Below, piece by piece: positions 10,598 through 19,489 of a stretch of 64,000 nt of DNA. Positions within the stretch are counted from its first letter, which is position 1; every line of letters begins with the position of its first letter. Source of the stretch: Mageeibacillus sp. UBA5734 (GTDB taxonomy: Bacteria > Bacillota > Clostridia > Saccharofermentanales > UBA5734); NCBI GenBank assembly GCA_002419365.1, contig DIGA01000116.1:6826-70825 (forward strand), in the 5' to 3' direction. The notes under the pieces are model-generated. The model had not been told where the DNA came from and made no database searches. It saw only the letters and a program-made list of their open reading frames with translations. The position numbers and the translations under genes are program-made.

Positions 10598-10837
10598 GGC
10601 TCTTTGCTTTTCCCCGTGATGTTACTGTGAAAAGCGTGACATGTTCGGAGGGAATGTTCCGTCCATGGTGCCAGACCTGCCGGCCAGGGAGCTTCAATGA
10701 TGTGAAAGCAAACCAGACCTGCCGTCAAAACTGGCACGTCTCAAAAACTTTCCTCAAATCTTCCATGCCCCATGGCCACACTCTTGCTGGAATCCGCTGC
10801 ATTTTTACATGCCTTTCACGGAAACAAGCAAAGAACC
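10598..10837. mobile_element. 240-bp MITE-like element, degenerate relative of the 37.1-kb element
   Basis: Left end is GGCTCTTTGCTTTTCCCCGTGA (10598-10619). The right end, read as reverse complement of 10812-10837, is GGTTCTTTGCTTGTTTCCGTGAAAGG, matching the 37.1-kb TIR at 22/26. Flanks are CAGGTTGA (10590-10597) and CAGGGGGA (10838-10845), identical at 6/8, consistent with a decayed 8-bp duplication. Confidence 0.55.
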
Positions 10838-10838
10838 C

Positions 10839-10912
10839 AGGGGGATCATCCGGCTTGCTCAGACATCCTCGTCGCTTGCGCGCCTGCGGAACTCGCCGCC
10901 GGATGGCCCCCT
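10839..10912. repeat. imperfect 14-bp inverted repeat enclosing a 43-nt loop
   Basis: AGGGGG-at-CATCCGGC (10839-10854) pairs with GCCGGATG-g-CCCCCT (10898-10912). It directly abuts the 240-bp element. Confidence 0.4.
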
Positions 10913-10935
10913 GTCATTCTTGACACAGGGAAAAA

Positions 10936-10964
10936 TGGATAAAGCATCCATCCAGCGGTATAAT
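10936..10964 (+). promoter_or_regulatory. candidate promoter for the 11.0-kb membrane protein / rluA-type operon
   Basis: TGGATA (10936-10941), 17 nt, TATAAT (10959-10964), about 35 nt upstream of the ATG at 11000. Confidence 0.4.
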
Positions 10965-10999
10965 AGCGTCAACAATCGCACGATAAGGATTCCAAGCCC

Positions 11000-11425
11000 A
11001 TGGCTCGTCGTTTATCTCCTGATTCCATCGACCCTTTCATCCTGGCCTATGCGGCCAGGCTTTGGACCATCGCCGGGCTGGTGCTGGCGACTGCTGGGCT
11101 GATGGCTGTCCTTTCCACTGCTTTCATGACCAATTGGCGCGTGGCGCTGCTGCCCCTCATCATTTTCCTGCCGGCCATCGCTGCAACGTTCTGGCAACGC
11201 AGCCGTCTTGTATCCGGCCGTGCCGTGCCGGAGTCGATTGCCATTCGCTATCACAGGACGATGCCATGTGAAATCGTGCGCCTGATGCTCTGGTTAGTCG
11301 CCATCGTAGTCTTCCTGCTCTGGGGGCTGGCCGGTGGCTGGTCCCTGGCCTGGCTGGTGCTGGTTGCAGCAGGTCTTGTCGAATGGATACTGGACAAGAT
11401 CTTCAAGGGCAGAGGGTGTCCATGA
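11000..11425 (+). CDS. hypothetical small membrane protein (about 4 TM helices)
   Basis: 141 aa with hydrophobic segments LWTIAGLVLATAGLMAVL, VALLPLIIFLPAIAATF, LMLWLVAIVVFLLWGLAGG and LAWLVLVAAGLV. Stop overlaps the next ATG (ATGA at 11422-11425). Confidence 0.55.
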   Translation: MARRLSPDSIDPFILAYAARLWTIAGLVLATAGLMAVLSTAFMTNWRVALLPLIIFLPAIAATFWQRSRLVSGRAVPESIAIRYHRTMPCEIVRLMLWLVAIVVFLLWGLAGGWSLAWLVLVAAGLVEWILDKIFKGRGCP

Positions 11426-12453
11426 TCCACCATCGGATTGTCATGACTGAACAACAGGCAGCCAGACGAGTCATCCCTGCCCTGACCGGATCGGTACCGG
11501 GGCTGAAATCGGCCCAGGTCTACAAAGCACTGCGCCGCAAGGATGTACGCCTCAACGGACGCAAGATTCAGACAGACCAGGCCGTTGCCTGCGGGGATGT
11601 GATTGATTTATACCTGCCCGACCAGGCCAATCCGGAGGATGAACGGAGCGGCTTGAGTGAGGCGGTATCGGCAGGCAGCACACCTGCCTACCAGGTCGTG
11701 TATCAGGACAATGCGCTGCTCATACTCAATAAAATGGCAGGGGTCGTTGTCCATGGCACAGCCAACGCCCAGGATGAAGAGGAAGACACTCTGATCGATA
11801 CCGTCAGGTCAGATTTCAAGGATCCGGGTCTGGTCTTGTGCCATCGCCTTGATCGCAATACAGGGGGTTTGATCATCCTGGCCCGCAACAAGGATATCCA
11901 GAACGCGGTCATGGAACTGATGCAGCAGGGCAAGATCACGAAACGGTATCACTGCCTGGTCAGAGGTGATCCACAAACGGGCCAGAAGATCCGAACCGCT
12001 GACGGACTCGAGTTTTACCAGATTGAAGCCTATCTGGAAAAGCGGGCCCGCCAGAACGAAGTCTTCATTCACGATGAAAGGCGACCTGGCGATGTGCCGG
12101 TCATCACCCGTTACCGGGTTTTGCGCCGGTTTCCGGGTTTTGGCCCTGAAAGCGAGCCAGTTTGTGAACTCGAAGTGGAACTGGTCACCGGTCGCACACA
12201 CCAGATCCGGGCTCACCTGGCGCATCTTGGCCACCCCCTGCTGGGTGACGGCAAATATGGGCGCAATGCCTATAACCGCTTCTTCAAGGGTCGCCAGGGG
12301 GCCCTCAGCCGCCAACAGCTCTTTGCCTGCCAGTTAACCTTTTCGCCAGCCATCCGGACAGGCAGCATCGCCCATCTGGCTGGCAAAACGCTCCAAGTGG
12401 AGCCAAACTATGACCTGGACCTGCCCGGGGCAGAGAGCGGGATGCGTGGATAA
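11422..12453 (+). CDS. RluA-family pseudouridine synthase with S4-like N-terminus
   Basis: Catalytic block HRLDRNTGGLIILAR and the HQIRAHL motif. Start set at ATG 11422. Confidence 0.85.
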   Translation: MIHHRIVMTEQQAARRVIPALTGSVPGLKSAQVYKALRRKDVRLNGRKIQTDQAVACGDVIDLYLPDQANPEDERSGLSEAVSAGSTPAYQVVYQDNALLILNKMAGVVVHGTANAQDEEEDTLIDTVRSDFKDPGLVLCHRLDRNTGGLIILARNKDIQNAVMELMQQGKITKRYHCLVRGDPQTGQKIRTADGLEFYQIEAYLEKRARQNEVFIHDERRPGDVPVITRYRVLRRFPGFGPESEPVCELEVELVTGRTHQIRAHLAHLGHPLLGDGKYGRNAYNRFFKGRQGALSRQQLFACQLTFSPAIRTGSIAHLAGKTLQVEPNYDLDLPGAESGMRG

Positions 12454-12459
12454 TACTTT

Positions 12460-14097
12460 CTACCGGGCCTGCCAGACCACATAAAGCAGCAGGAAGGTAA
12501 AAAATCCGGCCTGGCTGGCCACGATGCCATTGAAAGTCAATTCAAACCGGCCAGAGGATTTCAGCCAGGCACGTTTTTTCAGCAGGCCAAAGTACAGGGC
12601 AGCAGCGGCAATCACCAGAAGCAAAAAGATCAAAGTTTTTGTGGGAAAACTGGTTGCGCCGATCGACATGGGCAGGCCAAAAAGAACGGTGGTCAAGGAT
12701 TCGCTGAACACACCACCAAGCAAACACAGAATACCCATGAACAGAACGACCCCTTCTGAAAGCAAGTCCGTCGTGTGAATGCCTTTCCGCTTTCCAGGCC
12801 AGGCTTTGGGGCCGAACAAGATGGTTGAAAACTTGGTAAAGGATAAGATCGTGCCGAAATTGATGAGCAGCAGGCCGTATTCCAGCCAGCTCCCTGTGCT
12901 GCCATAGCCAATCCAGTATTTGGAGACACTGCCGTTGAAAAAAGGCGCACCGGTGATACCCAGGATTGCCAGTGCTGTTGCTGCTCCTGTAAGGGGCATG
13001 GTCCGGAAGACGCCTTTGATTTCAAACAGGTTTCTAGTCTGGTATCGGCGGATGATCAGGCCTGCAGCCAGAAACAAGGTTGATTTGAACAGGGCATGAT
13101 TGATGATGTGGTAGAACGCACCAAAGCTTGCCGGTTCACTGCCCTGGTTGAGGCCGATCATGATCAGGCCGATCTGGGAGACGGTATGGTAAGCCAGGAT
13201 CAGCTTGATGTCCTTTTGCATCAAAGCCAGGATGAAGCCGACCACTGCCGTTATGAAACCCAGGACCAGGAACAGCTCCCTGGTGTCCACGACAGGGGAA
13301 AAGACAGTTTGCAACCTCTCGTATAGGTACACACCGCTTTTGACGTAAATACCGGATAACACGGCTGACACAGCTGACGGTGCGCTGGGTGTGCCATGCG
13401 CCTTGGGCAGCCAGGAGAACAACGGCATCAGGGCAGACTTGAGGCTGGCAGCCACCATGAGGAATACATAGGGCAGGAGCAAGGATGACGGATCAGGATG
13501 GCCAGGAATCTGGCCGGCCAGCAGCTTGAGATCGAGCAGTCCTGTTGCTTTATACAGGATGCCCGTTCCCATCAGGAAAAAAGACATGGAGACTGTGTTG
13601 ACCAACAGGTAAATCAGACCATCGTACATGGCCTGGCTGTCTTTTTTAAACATGATCAGGACACTGTTGACCAGAGTCGCAACCTCCAGCAGGACGAACA
13701 AGTTGAATAAATCACCTGAAAGAAAAATACCGTTGATCAGACCCTGCATAGAGGTAAACAAGAACAGGAACAGGCGGTCTTTTTCTGCCCGGTTCCATTC
13801 ATACAAGCCTGCCAGGGCATACACCAGGGCTGTCAGGAGAATCAAATCGATCGCAAGAAAATCAGCCCGCAAAGTGATCGCGGCAAAAACAGGCCAGTTG
13901 CCCAAGGTTTGCTCGACCATGCCAGTTTGCCGGATCCCCAGGAATACCCAGACCGACAGGGCAAACAGGACACCCCGAAAAAGGGTGACCAGAAGGCGGG
14001 ACAGTCGCGTTGGCAGCAGCAGGGCCAGCGTTCCGATCCAGACCGGTCCGACCACAAGCCAGATCAAATAAGGCATGGTCAACCCTTCCGTTTCCAT
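12460..14097 (-). CDS. mnhD: Mrp/Mnh antiporter subunit D (NuoL/M/N-type proton-conducting subunit; MbhH-like)
   Basis: 545 aa polytopic protein of the proton-conducting membrane transporter family. Alternative start at ATG 14076. Confidence 0.85.
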   Translation of the reverse strand: METEGLTMPYLIWLVVGPVWIGTLALLLPTRLSRLLVTLFRGVLFALSVWVFLGIRQTGMVEQTLGNWPVFAAITLRADFLAIDLILLTALVYALAGLYEWNRAEKDRLFLFLFTSMQGLINGIFLSGDLFNLFVLLEVATLVNSVLIMFKKDSQAMYDGLIYLLVNTVSMSFFLMGTGILYKATGLLDLKLLAGQIPGHPDPSSLLLPYVFLMVAASLKSALMPLFSWLPKAHGTPSAPSAVSAVLSGIYVKSGVYLYERLQTVFSPVVDTRELFLVLGFITAVVGFILALMQKDIKLILAYHTVSQIGLIMIGLNQGSEPASFGAFYHIINHALFKSTLFLAAGLIIRRYQTRNLFEIKGVFRTMPLTGAATALAILGITGAPFFNGSVSKYWIGYGSTGSWLEYGLLLINFGTILSFTKFSTILFGPKAWPGKRKGIHTTDLLSEGVVLFMGILCLLGGVFSESLTTVLFGLPMSIGATSFPTKTLIFLLLVIAAAALYFGLLKKRAWLKSSGRFELTFNGIVASQAGFFTFLLLYVVWQAR

Positions 14098-14426
14098 TTA
14101 GCCCTCAGCCAGTTGGTTGTCCCGTACTGGTGATACAGGTGGATGACCATGGTCAGGGCAACTGCCGTGGTACCGATGCCAATGACAATATCTGTGATCA
14201 TCATGGCCTGGGGCAAGGGGTCAGCCACAGCAGCGGCTGTTGAAACGTCACCGATCGGCGGGACCGGATGAACAGACACCCCGGCCGACAAGAAATACAG
14301 GATAATGGCGGATTGCATGACACCAAGGGAAATGATGGCCTTGACCATATTGCGCCGGGCGACAAGTCCATAGACACCGATGAAAAACAAGACCAGGCTG
14401 ATGTTTTCACCATTGATCCACTGCAT
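14079..14426 (-). CDS. mnhC: Mrp/Mnh antiporter subunit C (NuoK-like; MbhG-like)
   Basis: 115 aa with 3 TM helices and the block LVLFFIGVYGLVARRNMVKAIISLGVMQSAIILYF. Confidence 0.85.
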   Translation of the reverse strand: MQWINGENISLVLFFIGVYGLVARRNMVKAIISLGVMQSAIILYFLSAGVSVHPVPPIGDVSTAAAVADPLPQAMMITDIVIGIGTTAVALTMVIHLYHQYGTTNWLRAKWKRKG

Positions 14427-14819
14427 CTAGAGCCCTCCTTCATGAAAAACGAAACGCAGGAAGATCAAGGTCAGGCCAGCACCGACCTTGAATCCAATCA
14501 GGATGTTCATGATGGTCATGTACAACTGGTTTTGCCACAATGAAAGTTGCACGGGTAGCACAATCACAACGAGAACGGACAGCAGGACCAAGGCCAGATA
14601 GAGGATTTTCTCCATGAATTGCAGGGTCCTGATCCGGATGTCTTCATAAGGGTAGATGACATAATGGCTGATGAAGACAGTCGCCAGGATGGCTCCACCC
14701 TGGAAGCCACCCCCGGGTGAAGAGTGCCCATTGAAGATCAGGTAAATGGCCAGCAGGAGCATCAGCGGGTTCAAAAGGCCAATCACGACGCGGATGATGG
14801 GGCTGTCCTGGTACATCAT
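14427..14819 (-). CDS. mnhB: Mrp/Mnh antiporter subunit B (MbhF-like)
   Basis: MnhB signature GHSSPGGGFQGGAILA. Confidence 0.8.
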   Translation of the reverse strand: MMYQDSPIIRVVIGLLNPLMLLLAIYLIFNGHSSPGGGFQGGAILATVFISHYVIYPYEDIRIRTLQFMEKILYLALVLLSVLVVIVLPVQLSLWQNQLYMTIMNILIGFKVGAGLTLIFLRFVFHEGGL

Positions 14820-15076
14820 CGGCGTGTCCCCCGCCAGGACAGGTGGATGATGGCCGCAGCACAGACGAGCAGCAGCAAGGTTTCAAACAAGGTGTCATAA
14901 AGCCGGTAATTGAGGTAGATGCCGGTCACCGCATTGGCAGCCCCCGTGTCTGGCAAACTGTTATTCAGATAGAAGTCAGTCGCGGGAGAAGAGGTTGCCT
15001 GATGCAGCTGCAGATAAACTGTCAGGACAGCACCTGTCAAAATCATCATGAGCAAGGCTTTGACCCATCGCTTCAT
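14816..15076 (-). CDS. small MnhB-related subunit (MbhE-like)
   Basis: 86 aa with GAANAVTGIYLNYRLYDTLFETLLL (the YR..DT..E motif of MnhB N-terminal / MbhE-type subunits). ATGA-type overlaps on both sides. Confidence 0.65.
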   Translation of the reverse strand: MKRWVKALLMMILTGAVLTVYLQLHQATSSPATDFYLNNSLPDTGAANAVTGIYLNYRLYDTLFETLLLLVCAAAIIHLSWRGTRR

Positions 15077-15612
15077 GTCGGCTGGGCTCCTTTCTCCAGC
15101 CGGATAAGCGCAACCGGCAAACCAGCCAGGTCCAATTCAGCCAGGTGTGCAGCCAGTGTATCCATCTGGTAATCCTCCTGACCACCATAGATCCAGACCT
15201 GGCCCTTTTCTACTGCAATCAGCAAGTCATAATCCCGTTGGGCGAGAACGGCCATGCGGTCCAGATCGGTCCGGAACACATGGGACTGGAGTTCTTTTTT
15301 TGCATACAGGTGTTCGATCTCGCGCAGCAGCCGCGCCAGTTCTTTTTGCCACTCTGGATCAAGCGAATCATCTTCGATCAGGAAAATCGTCATCAACCGC
15401 TGGCGTTTCAGTGCCACCAGGTAGAATACAACTGACAGGCCACTGCCGATGATGGCCTCGGCGAGAGCCACATCAGGAGCACCATAGATCAGAAACAAGA
15501 CAGAGGATCCCAGAGAATACACACTCAGATAGATGACTGCATGACGCAAGGTGTGCGTCTGGATGGCCAGGATGGCAAACACGACCAGACTGACGAGGAA
15601 GACCTGCTCCAT
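15073..15612 (-). CDS. DUF4040 (MbhD-like, MrpA C-terminal-like) membrane subunit fused to a soluble C-terminal extension of about 110 aa
   Basis: The N-terminal 70 aa form 3 TM helices with GAPDVALAEAIIGSGL (DUF4040-type). The remainder (RQRLMTIFLIEDDSLDPEWQKELARLLREIEHLY...) is hydrophilic. Confidence 0.65.
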   Translation of the reverse strand: MEQVFLVSLVVFAILAIQTHTLRHAVIYLSVYSLGSSVLFLIYGAPDVALAEAIIGSGLSVVFYLVALKRQRLMTIFLIEDDSLDPEWQKELARLLREIEHLYAKKELQSHVFRTDLDRMAVLAQRDYDLLIAVEKGQVWIYGGQEDYQMDTLAAHLAELDLAGLPVALIRLEKGAQPT

Positions 15613-15956
15613 CAGTCTCCCTCCGCCCCTGGTTCGTCATGTACTGTTGCCGGATCGGCAGAAGTCTGACCCAGTCCGCCCAGGCCACTCCGGTATGCGG
15701 AGCGCGCAATGGCATGGGTTGCCAGGGGATTGGTGACCAGGACGACCAGCAGGACCAGAATCAGGCGCAAGCTGTAGTAACTCAGGCCAGTCTGGACCAG
15801 AATGCCTAGCATCATGGTTAGAAATCCCATGGTTTCAACTTTGGCTGTGATCAGGATCCGGGCATAGAAAGTCCGGAAGCGGTAGACACCAGCGATACCC
15901 AGAGCCATGAAAAGCAGAGCCAGGACGATCAGGATCCAGGAGAAAAAGTCTGTCAT
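15612..15956 (-). CDS. mnhG: Mrp/Mnh antiporter subunit G
   Basis: MTDFFSWILIVLALLFMALGIAGVYRFRTFYARILITAKVETMG... is typical of MnhG. This is the C-terminal 114 codons of track ORF 15612-16310, with start ATG at 15956. Confidence 0.8.
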   Translation of the reverse strand: MTDFFSWILIVLALLFMALGIAGVYRFRTFYARILITAKVETMGFLTMMLGILVQTGLSYYSLRLILVLLVVLVTNPLATHAIARSAYRSGLGGLGQTSADPATVHDEPGAEGD

Positions 15957-15961
15957 CTGCT

Positions 15962-16213
15962 TCACCGCCTTTCGACAAATTTGGCCATCAGGATGGTGCC
16001 GATAAAACCCAGGACGGCATAGACCAGGGCTATATCCAATAAATACGGTTGCCCGGTCCATCCTGCAAGCAAGACAATGACCACTGTTATTTTCGAGGAA
16101 AACAGGTTCAAACCGAGCAAACGGTCCCAGACAGATGGCCCGCGAATGATGAGGATGAGCACCAGCACCATCAGGACGGAAATGGCAAGGATGGCAAACA
16201 GATAGGAACTCAT
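15962..16213 (-). CDS. mnhF: Mrp/Mnh antiporter subunit F
   Basis: 83 aa with 3 TM helices and the block RGPSVWDRLLGLNLFSSKITV. Confidence 0.8.
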   Translation of the reverse strand: MSSYLFAILAISVLMVLVLILIIRGPSVWDRLLGLNLFSSKITVVIVLLAGWTGQPYLLDIALVYAVLGFIGTILMAKFVERR

Positions 16214-16719
16214 GCTCGTTCCTTTCGTACCCGTTCCCTCTTGAGAATCCGTTCCATTTTCTCAATACCAGGTTTGATTCCGGAAGGCAAAGCAGGATCG
16301 GCAGGCGCAAAGCACAAGATCAGAAGCGTCCGGTTTTCTGTCGCAAGGGTGACTGTCCCAGGCGTCAGTGTCACAGCATTGGCCAGCATGACAAAGGGTA
16401 ACTCGTCTTCAAGGGTGGCATCATACCGTTCGATCCGGACAGAGTCTTGCCAGCGGACAATTTTCCAGATGGCCTGAAAACCAGACAGGTAAATCTGGAT
16501 GACCAGAGCTGCCAGATAACGGACCAGGACGATTGGATGGAAAGAATGGACGGTCAATGGTGGATCAGGCTGCAAGACCCGGGTTGTGAAAAGGAGCGAT
16601 AAAACGGAAACAGCCACCCCAGCCGCAAAAACGGGCCAGGATGGCTTGTCGTGAAGCACAATCCACACCCCGGTCAAGGCCAGGGTATACGTGACATAGA
16701 ATGAATCGCGCTGGCGCAA
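16210..16719 (-). CDS. mnhE: Mrp/Mnh antiporter subunit E
   Basis: MnhE-type TLTPGTVTL block. TTG start with a GAGG RBS that overlaps the proS stop. Confidence 0.75.
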   Translation of the reverse strand: MRQRDSFYVTYTLALTGVWIVLHDKPSWPVFAAGVAVSVLSLLFTTRVLQPDPPLTVHSFHPIVLVRYLAALVIQIYLSGFQAIWKIVRWQDSVRIERYDATLEDELPFVMLANAVTLTPGTVTLATENRTLLILCFAPADPALPSGIKPGIEKMERILKRERVRKERA

Positions 16720-16728
16720 GTGGACGCC

Positions 16729-18165
16729 TCAGTAGGCTTTGCCCCAGATGACCAGCTGATCGGCCGGTTTGCCGCAGCAAACACAGGTTTCGCCGATGGC
16801 TTCATGGCCAAAAGGCAAGCAGCGTGAAGTGGCAGTGGTCTGTTCCTTGATCTTCAATTCACAATCGAGATCGCCACACCACATGGCCCGGACAAATCCC
16901 GGTTTTTCAGCGATCAGCTGGGTAAAGGTATCCCAGTCAGTCGCATCATAAATGCGGGAGTTGAGGCTTTGTTCGGCTTTGGCATAAAGTCCGGCATGGA
17001 CCGCGTCGAGCAGCTGCGCCACGGTCTTGTCCAGCTGGTCCAGGGAAACGACGGTTTTTTCGCCGTTGTCACGCCGTACGGCCACACACTGGTTGTTCTC
17101 AAGGTCACGCGGGCCTATTTCGAGGCGCAGGGGAACACCCTTCATCTCGTACTCGGCAAATTTCCAGCCTGGCATTTTGTCGGATTCATCGAGCTTGACC
17201 CGGAACTGTTCGCCGAGGGTGGCAGCGACTTCACGGGCTTTGTCAAGGACACCCGGCTTGTGTGCAGCAATCGGCACGATGACAACCTGGATCGGTGCGA
17301 TGCGCGGTGGCAGGACAAGGCCGTTATCATCGCCATGGACCATGATGATCGCCCCGATCGAGCGGGTCGACAGGCCCCAGGATGTCTGGTGGACATAGGA
17401 CAGTTTGTTGTTTTTGTCGGTGAACTGGATGCCGAAAGCCTGGGCAAAGCCATCGCCAAAATAATGGCTGGTAGCAGATTGCAGGGCTTTGCCGTCATGC
17501 ATCATCGCTTCGACGGTGTAGGTAGAAACAGCACCGGCGAATTTTTCCTTGTCCGTTTTCTGGCCGCGGACGACAGGAATCGCCAGATAGTCCCGGTAGA
17601 AAGTGGCATAGGTCTCGAGCATGCGCAGGGTTTCTTCCTGGGCTTCTTCGGCCGTGGCGTGGGCTGTGTGGCCTTCCTGCCAGTAGAACTCGGTGGTGCG
17701 CAGGAACGGCCGGGTGGTCTTTTCCCAGCGGACAACCGAAACCCACTGGTTGTAAAGCTTGGGCAAGTCGCGCCAGGACTGGATCACATTGGCATAATGG
17801 TCGCAAAACAAGGTTTCTGAAGTTGGCCGGACGCAAAGCCGCTCAGTCAGTTTGTCGCTGCCGCCATGGGTCACCCAGGCAACTTCCGGTGCGAAACCCT
17901 CAACATGGTCTTTCTCCTTCTGCAGGAGGCTTTCCGGGATGAACATCGGCATTGCGACATTCTCATGGCCGGTTTTCTTGAACATCCGGTCCAGGTTGTG
18001 CATGATGTTCTCCCAGATGGCATAACCATACGGGCGCAGGATCATGCACCCTTTGACAGAGGAATAGTCGATCAACTCTGCCTTGAGGACGACATCGGTG
18101 TACCACTGGGCGAAATCCTGGTCCATCGCGGTGATGGCTTCAACTTGCTTGTCTTGCTTGGCCAT
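16729..18165 (-). CDS. proS: proline--tRNA ligase (short archaeal/eukaryote-like form without insertion editing domain)
   Basis: Class II motifs, about 478 aa, C-terminal ...VIWGKAY. ATG 18165 is preferred over 18174 because the GGAG RBS lies 10 nt upstream of it. Confidence 0.9.
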   Translation of the reverse strand: MAKQDKQVEAITAMDQDFAQWYTDVVLKAELIDYSSVKGCMILRPYGYAIWENIMHNLDRMFKKTGHENVAMPMFIPESLLQKEKDHVEGFAPEVAWVTHGGSDKLTERLCVRPTSETLFCDHYANVIQSWRDLPKLYNQWVSVVRWEKTTRPFLRTTEFYWQEGHTAHATAEEAQEETLRMLETYATFYRDYLAIPVVRGQKTDKEKFAGAVSTYTVEAMMHDGKALQSATSHYFGDGFAQAFGIQFTDKNNKLSYVHQTSWGLSTRSIGAIIMVHGDDNGLVLPPRIAPIQVVIVPIAAHKPGVLDKAREVAATLGEQFRVKLDESDKMPGWKFAEYEMKGVPLRLEIGPRDLENNQCVAVRRDNGEKTVVSLDQLDKTVAQLLDAVHAGLYAKAEQSLNSRIYDATDWDTFTQLIAEKPGFVRAMWCGDLDCELKIKEQTTATSRCLPFGHEAIGETCVCCGKPADQLVIWGKAY

Positions 18166-18280
18166 GAGGCTCATTCTCCTTTGGGGCTGTCAAATGGTGT
18201 TTGGGGGATTGTCAGAGGCTGCCCCGAACCGGTCGGAAGCAGCCTCAGGTGTCCAGGATCAGGTTAGTCAGAGCAAATCC

Positions 18281-19486
18281 TCAGATCGAAAAGCCGCAGA
18301 TCCGGGCTGTTTCACGGGCGATGGCCAGTTCTTCATTAGTCGGGACGACGAGCACTTTGACTTTGGACTCATCCGTCGAGACGACAGCTTCACGACCACG
18401 GACCGAGGCATTGCGATAGGGATCGATTTCACAGCCCATGTAGGTCAAGCCTTCACAGGCACCCTGGCGGATGTCGGCGGTGTTTTCACCGATACCGGCT
18501 GTAAAGACGACGGCATCGACTCCACCCATGGCGGCAGCATACATGCCGATGTACTTGCGACACTGGTACTTGAAAATGTCCAAGGCCAGGCGGGCACGCT
18601 TGTTGCCCTCGCCAGCTGCAGCATAGAGGTCGCGGAAGTCGCTGCTGACACCAGAAATGCCGAGCACGCCGGACTGCTTGTTCATCAGGTTGTCGACGCC
18701 CTTGGTATCGAGCTTTTCTTTTTCCATCAGGAAGGTCACGATTGCCGGGTCGATGTCACCACTGCGGGTGCCCATGCAAATGCCGGACAGCGGGGTCAGC
18801 CCCATGGTCGTATCGACGCATTTGCCTTTCTCGATGGCGGCAATGGAGGATCCGTTGCCGAGATGGCAGGTGATGATGTTGACGGATTCGAAAGGCTTGT
18901 CCATCATCTCAGCGGCGCGGCGGGCAACATAACCATGGGAGGTGCCATGGAAGCCGTATTTGCGCACGCCATGCTTTTCGTACATTTCATAAGGCAAGGC
19001 ATACATGTAGGCCTTGGCAGGCATGGTCTGGTGGAAGGCGGTATCAAACACAGCCACCTGGGGGACACCCGGCATGGCCTCTTCGCAAGCTTCGATACCG
19101 GTCATGTTCGGCGGATTGTGCAGAGGGGCCAGGTCAAAGCAGGCACGGATGGCACGCTTGACCTCCGGAGTGATCAGGGCTGAAGAGGCGAATTTCTCAC
19201 CGCCATGAACGACGCGGTGGCCAACGGCGTCGATTTCGTCCATGCCCTTGATAATGCCGTGTTCCTCAGAGGTCAGGACGGAAAGCACTGCCTGGACGGC
19301 AACTTTGTGATTGGGCAGGTCCATCGGCAAGGTGACTGAGTCGCAGCCTTTGCTGGTGTGCTTGATCATGGCATGGTCGAGGCCGATGCGCTCGGCGCCG
19401 CCCTTGGCCAGGACGTCGCCGTTCTGGGCATCCATGAGCTGGTATTTGAGGGAAGAACTGCCGGCATTGATGACAAGTACATTCAT
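18281..19486 (-). CDS. ackA: acetate kinase
   Basis: [18 protein letters not shown]-terminus; 401 aa. Confidence 0.95.
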   Translation of the reverse strand: MNVLVINAGSSSLKYQLMDAQNGDVLAKGGAERIGLDHAMIKHTSKGCDSVTLPMDLPNHKVAVQAVLSVLTSEEHGIIKGMDEIDAVGHRVVHGGEKFASSALITPEVKRAIRACFDLAPLHNPPNMTGIEACEEAMPGVPQVAVFDTAFHQTMPAKAYMYALPYEMYEKHGVRKYGFHGTSHGYVARRAAEMMDKPFESVNIITCHLGNGSSIAAIEKGKCVDTTMGLTPLSGICMGTRSGDIDPAIVTFLMEKEKLDTKGVDNLMNKQSGVLGISGVSSDFRDLYAAAGEGNKRARLALDIFKYQCRKYIGMYAAAMGGVDAVVFTAGIGENTADIRQGACEGLTYMGCEIDPYRNASVRGREAVVSTDESKVKVLVVPTNEELAIARETARICGFSI

Positions 19487-19489
19487 GGC

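Noticed and set aside
10661-10740. Cobalamin-riboswitch B12-box-like strings (CCAGACCTGCCG, twice)
   Set aside because: The rest of the cobalamin riboswitch consensus is absent, no downstream gene is in the right orientation, and the segment lies inside the MITE-like element.
10594-10923. 109-aa Cys-rich ORF preceded by GGAGGTGG
   Set aside because: It runs straight through the 240-bp TIR element and the adjacent inverted repeat, starts with TTG, and has a composition typical of translated GC-rich non-coding DNA.
15612-16310. 232-aa minus-strand ORF spanning mnhG and overlapping mnhF
   Set aside because: Only its C-terminal 114 codons (from ATG 15956) look like MnhG. The upstream part overlaps the well-formed mnhF gene in another frame and reads as noise.
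18166-18280. Terminator between ackA and proS
   Set aside because: The GC-rich hairpin (GAGGCTGC...GCAGCCTC) lacks a U-tail. I treat it as a possible processing or stability element, not a terminator call.
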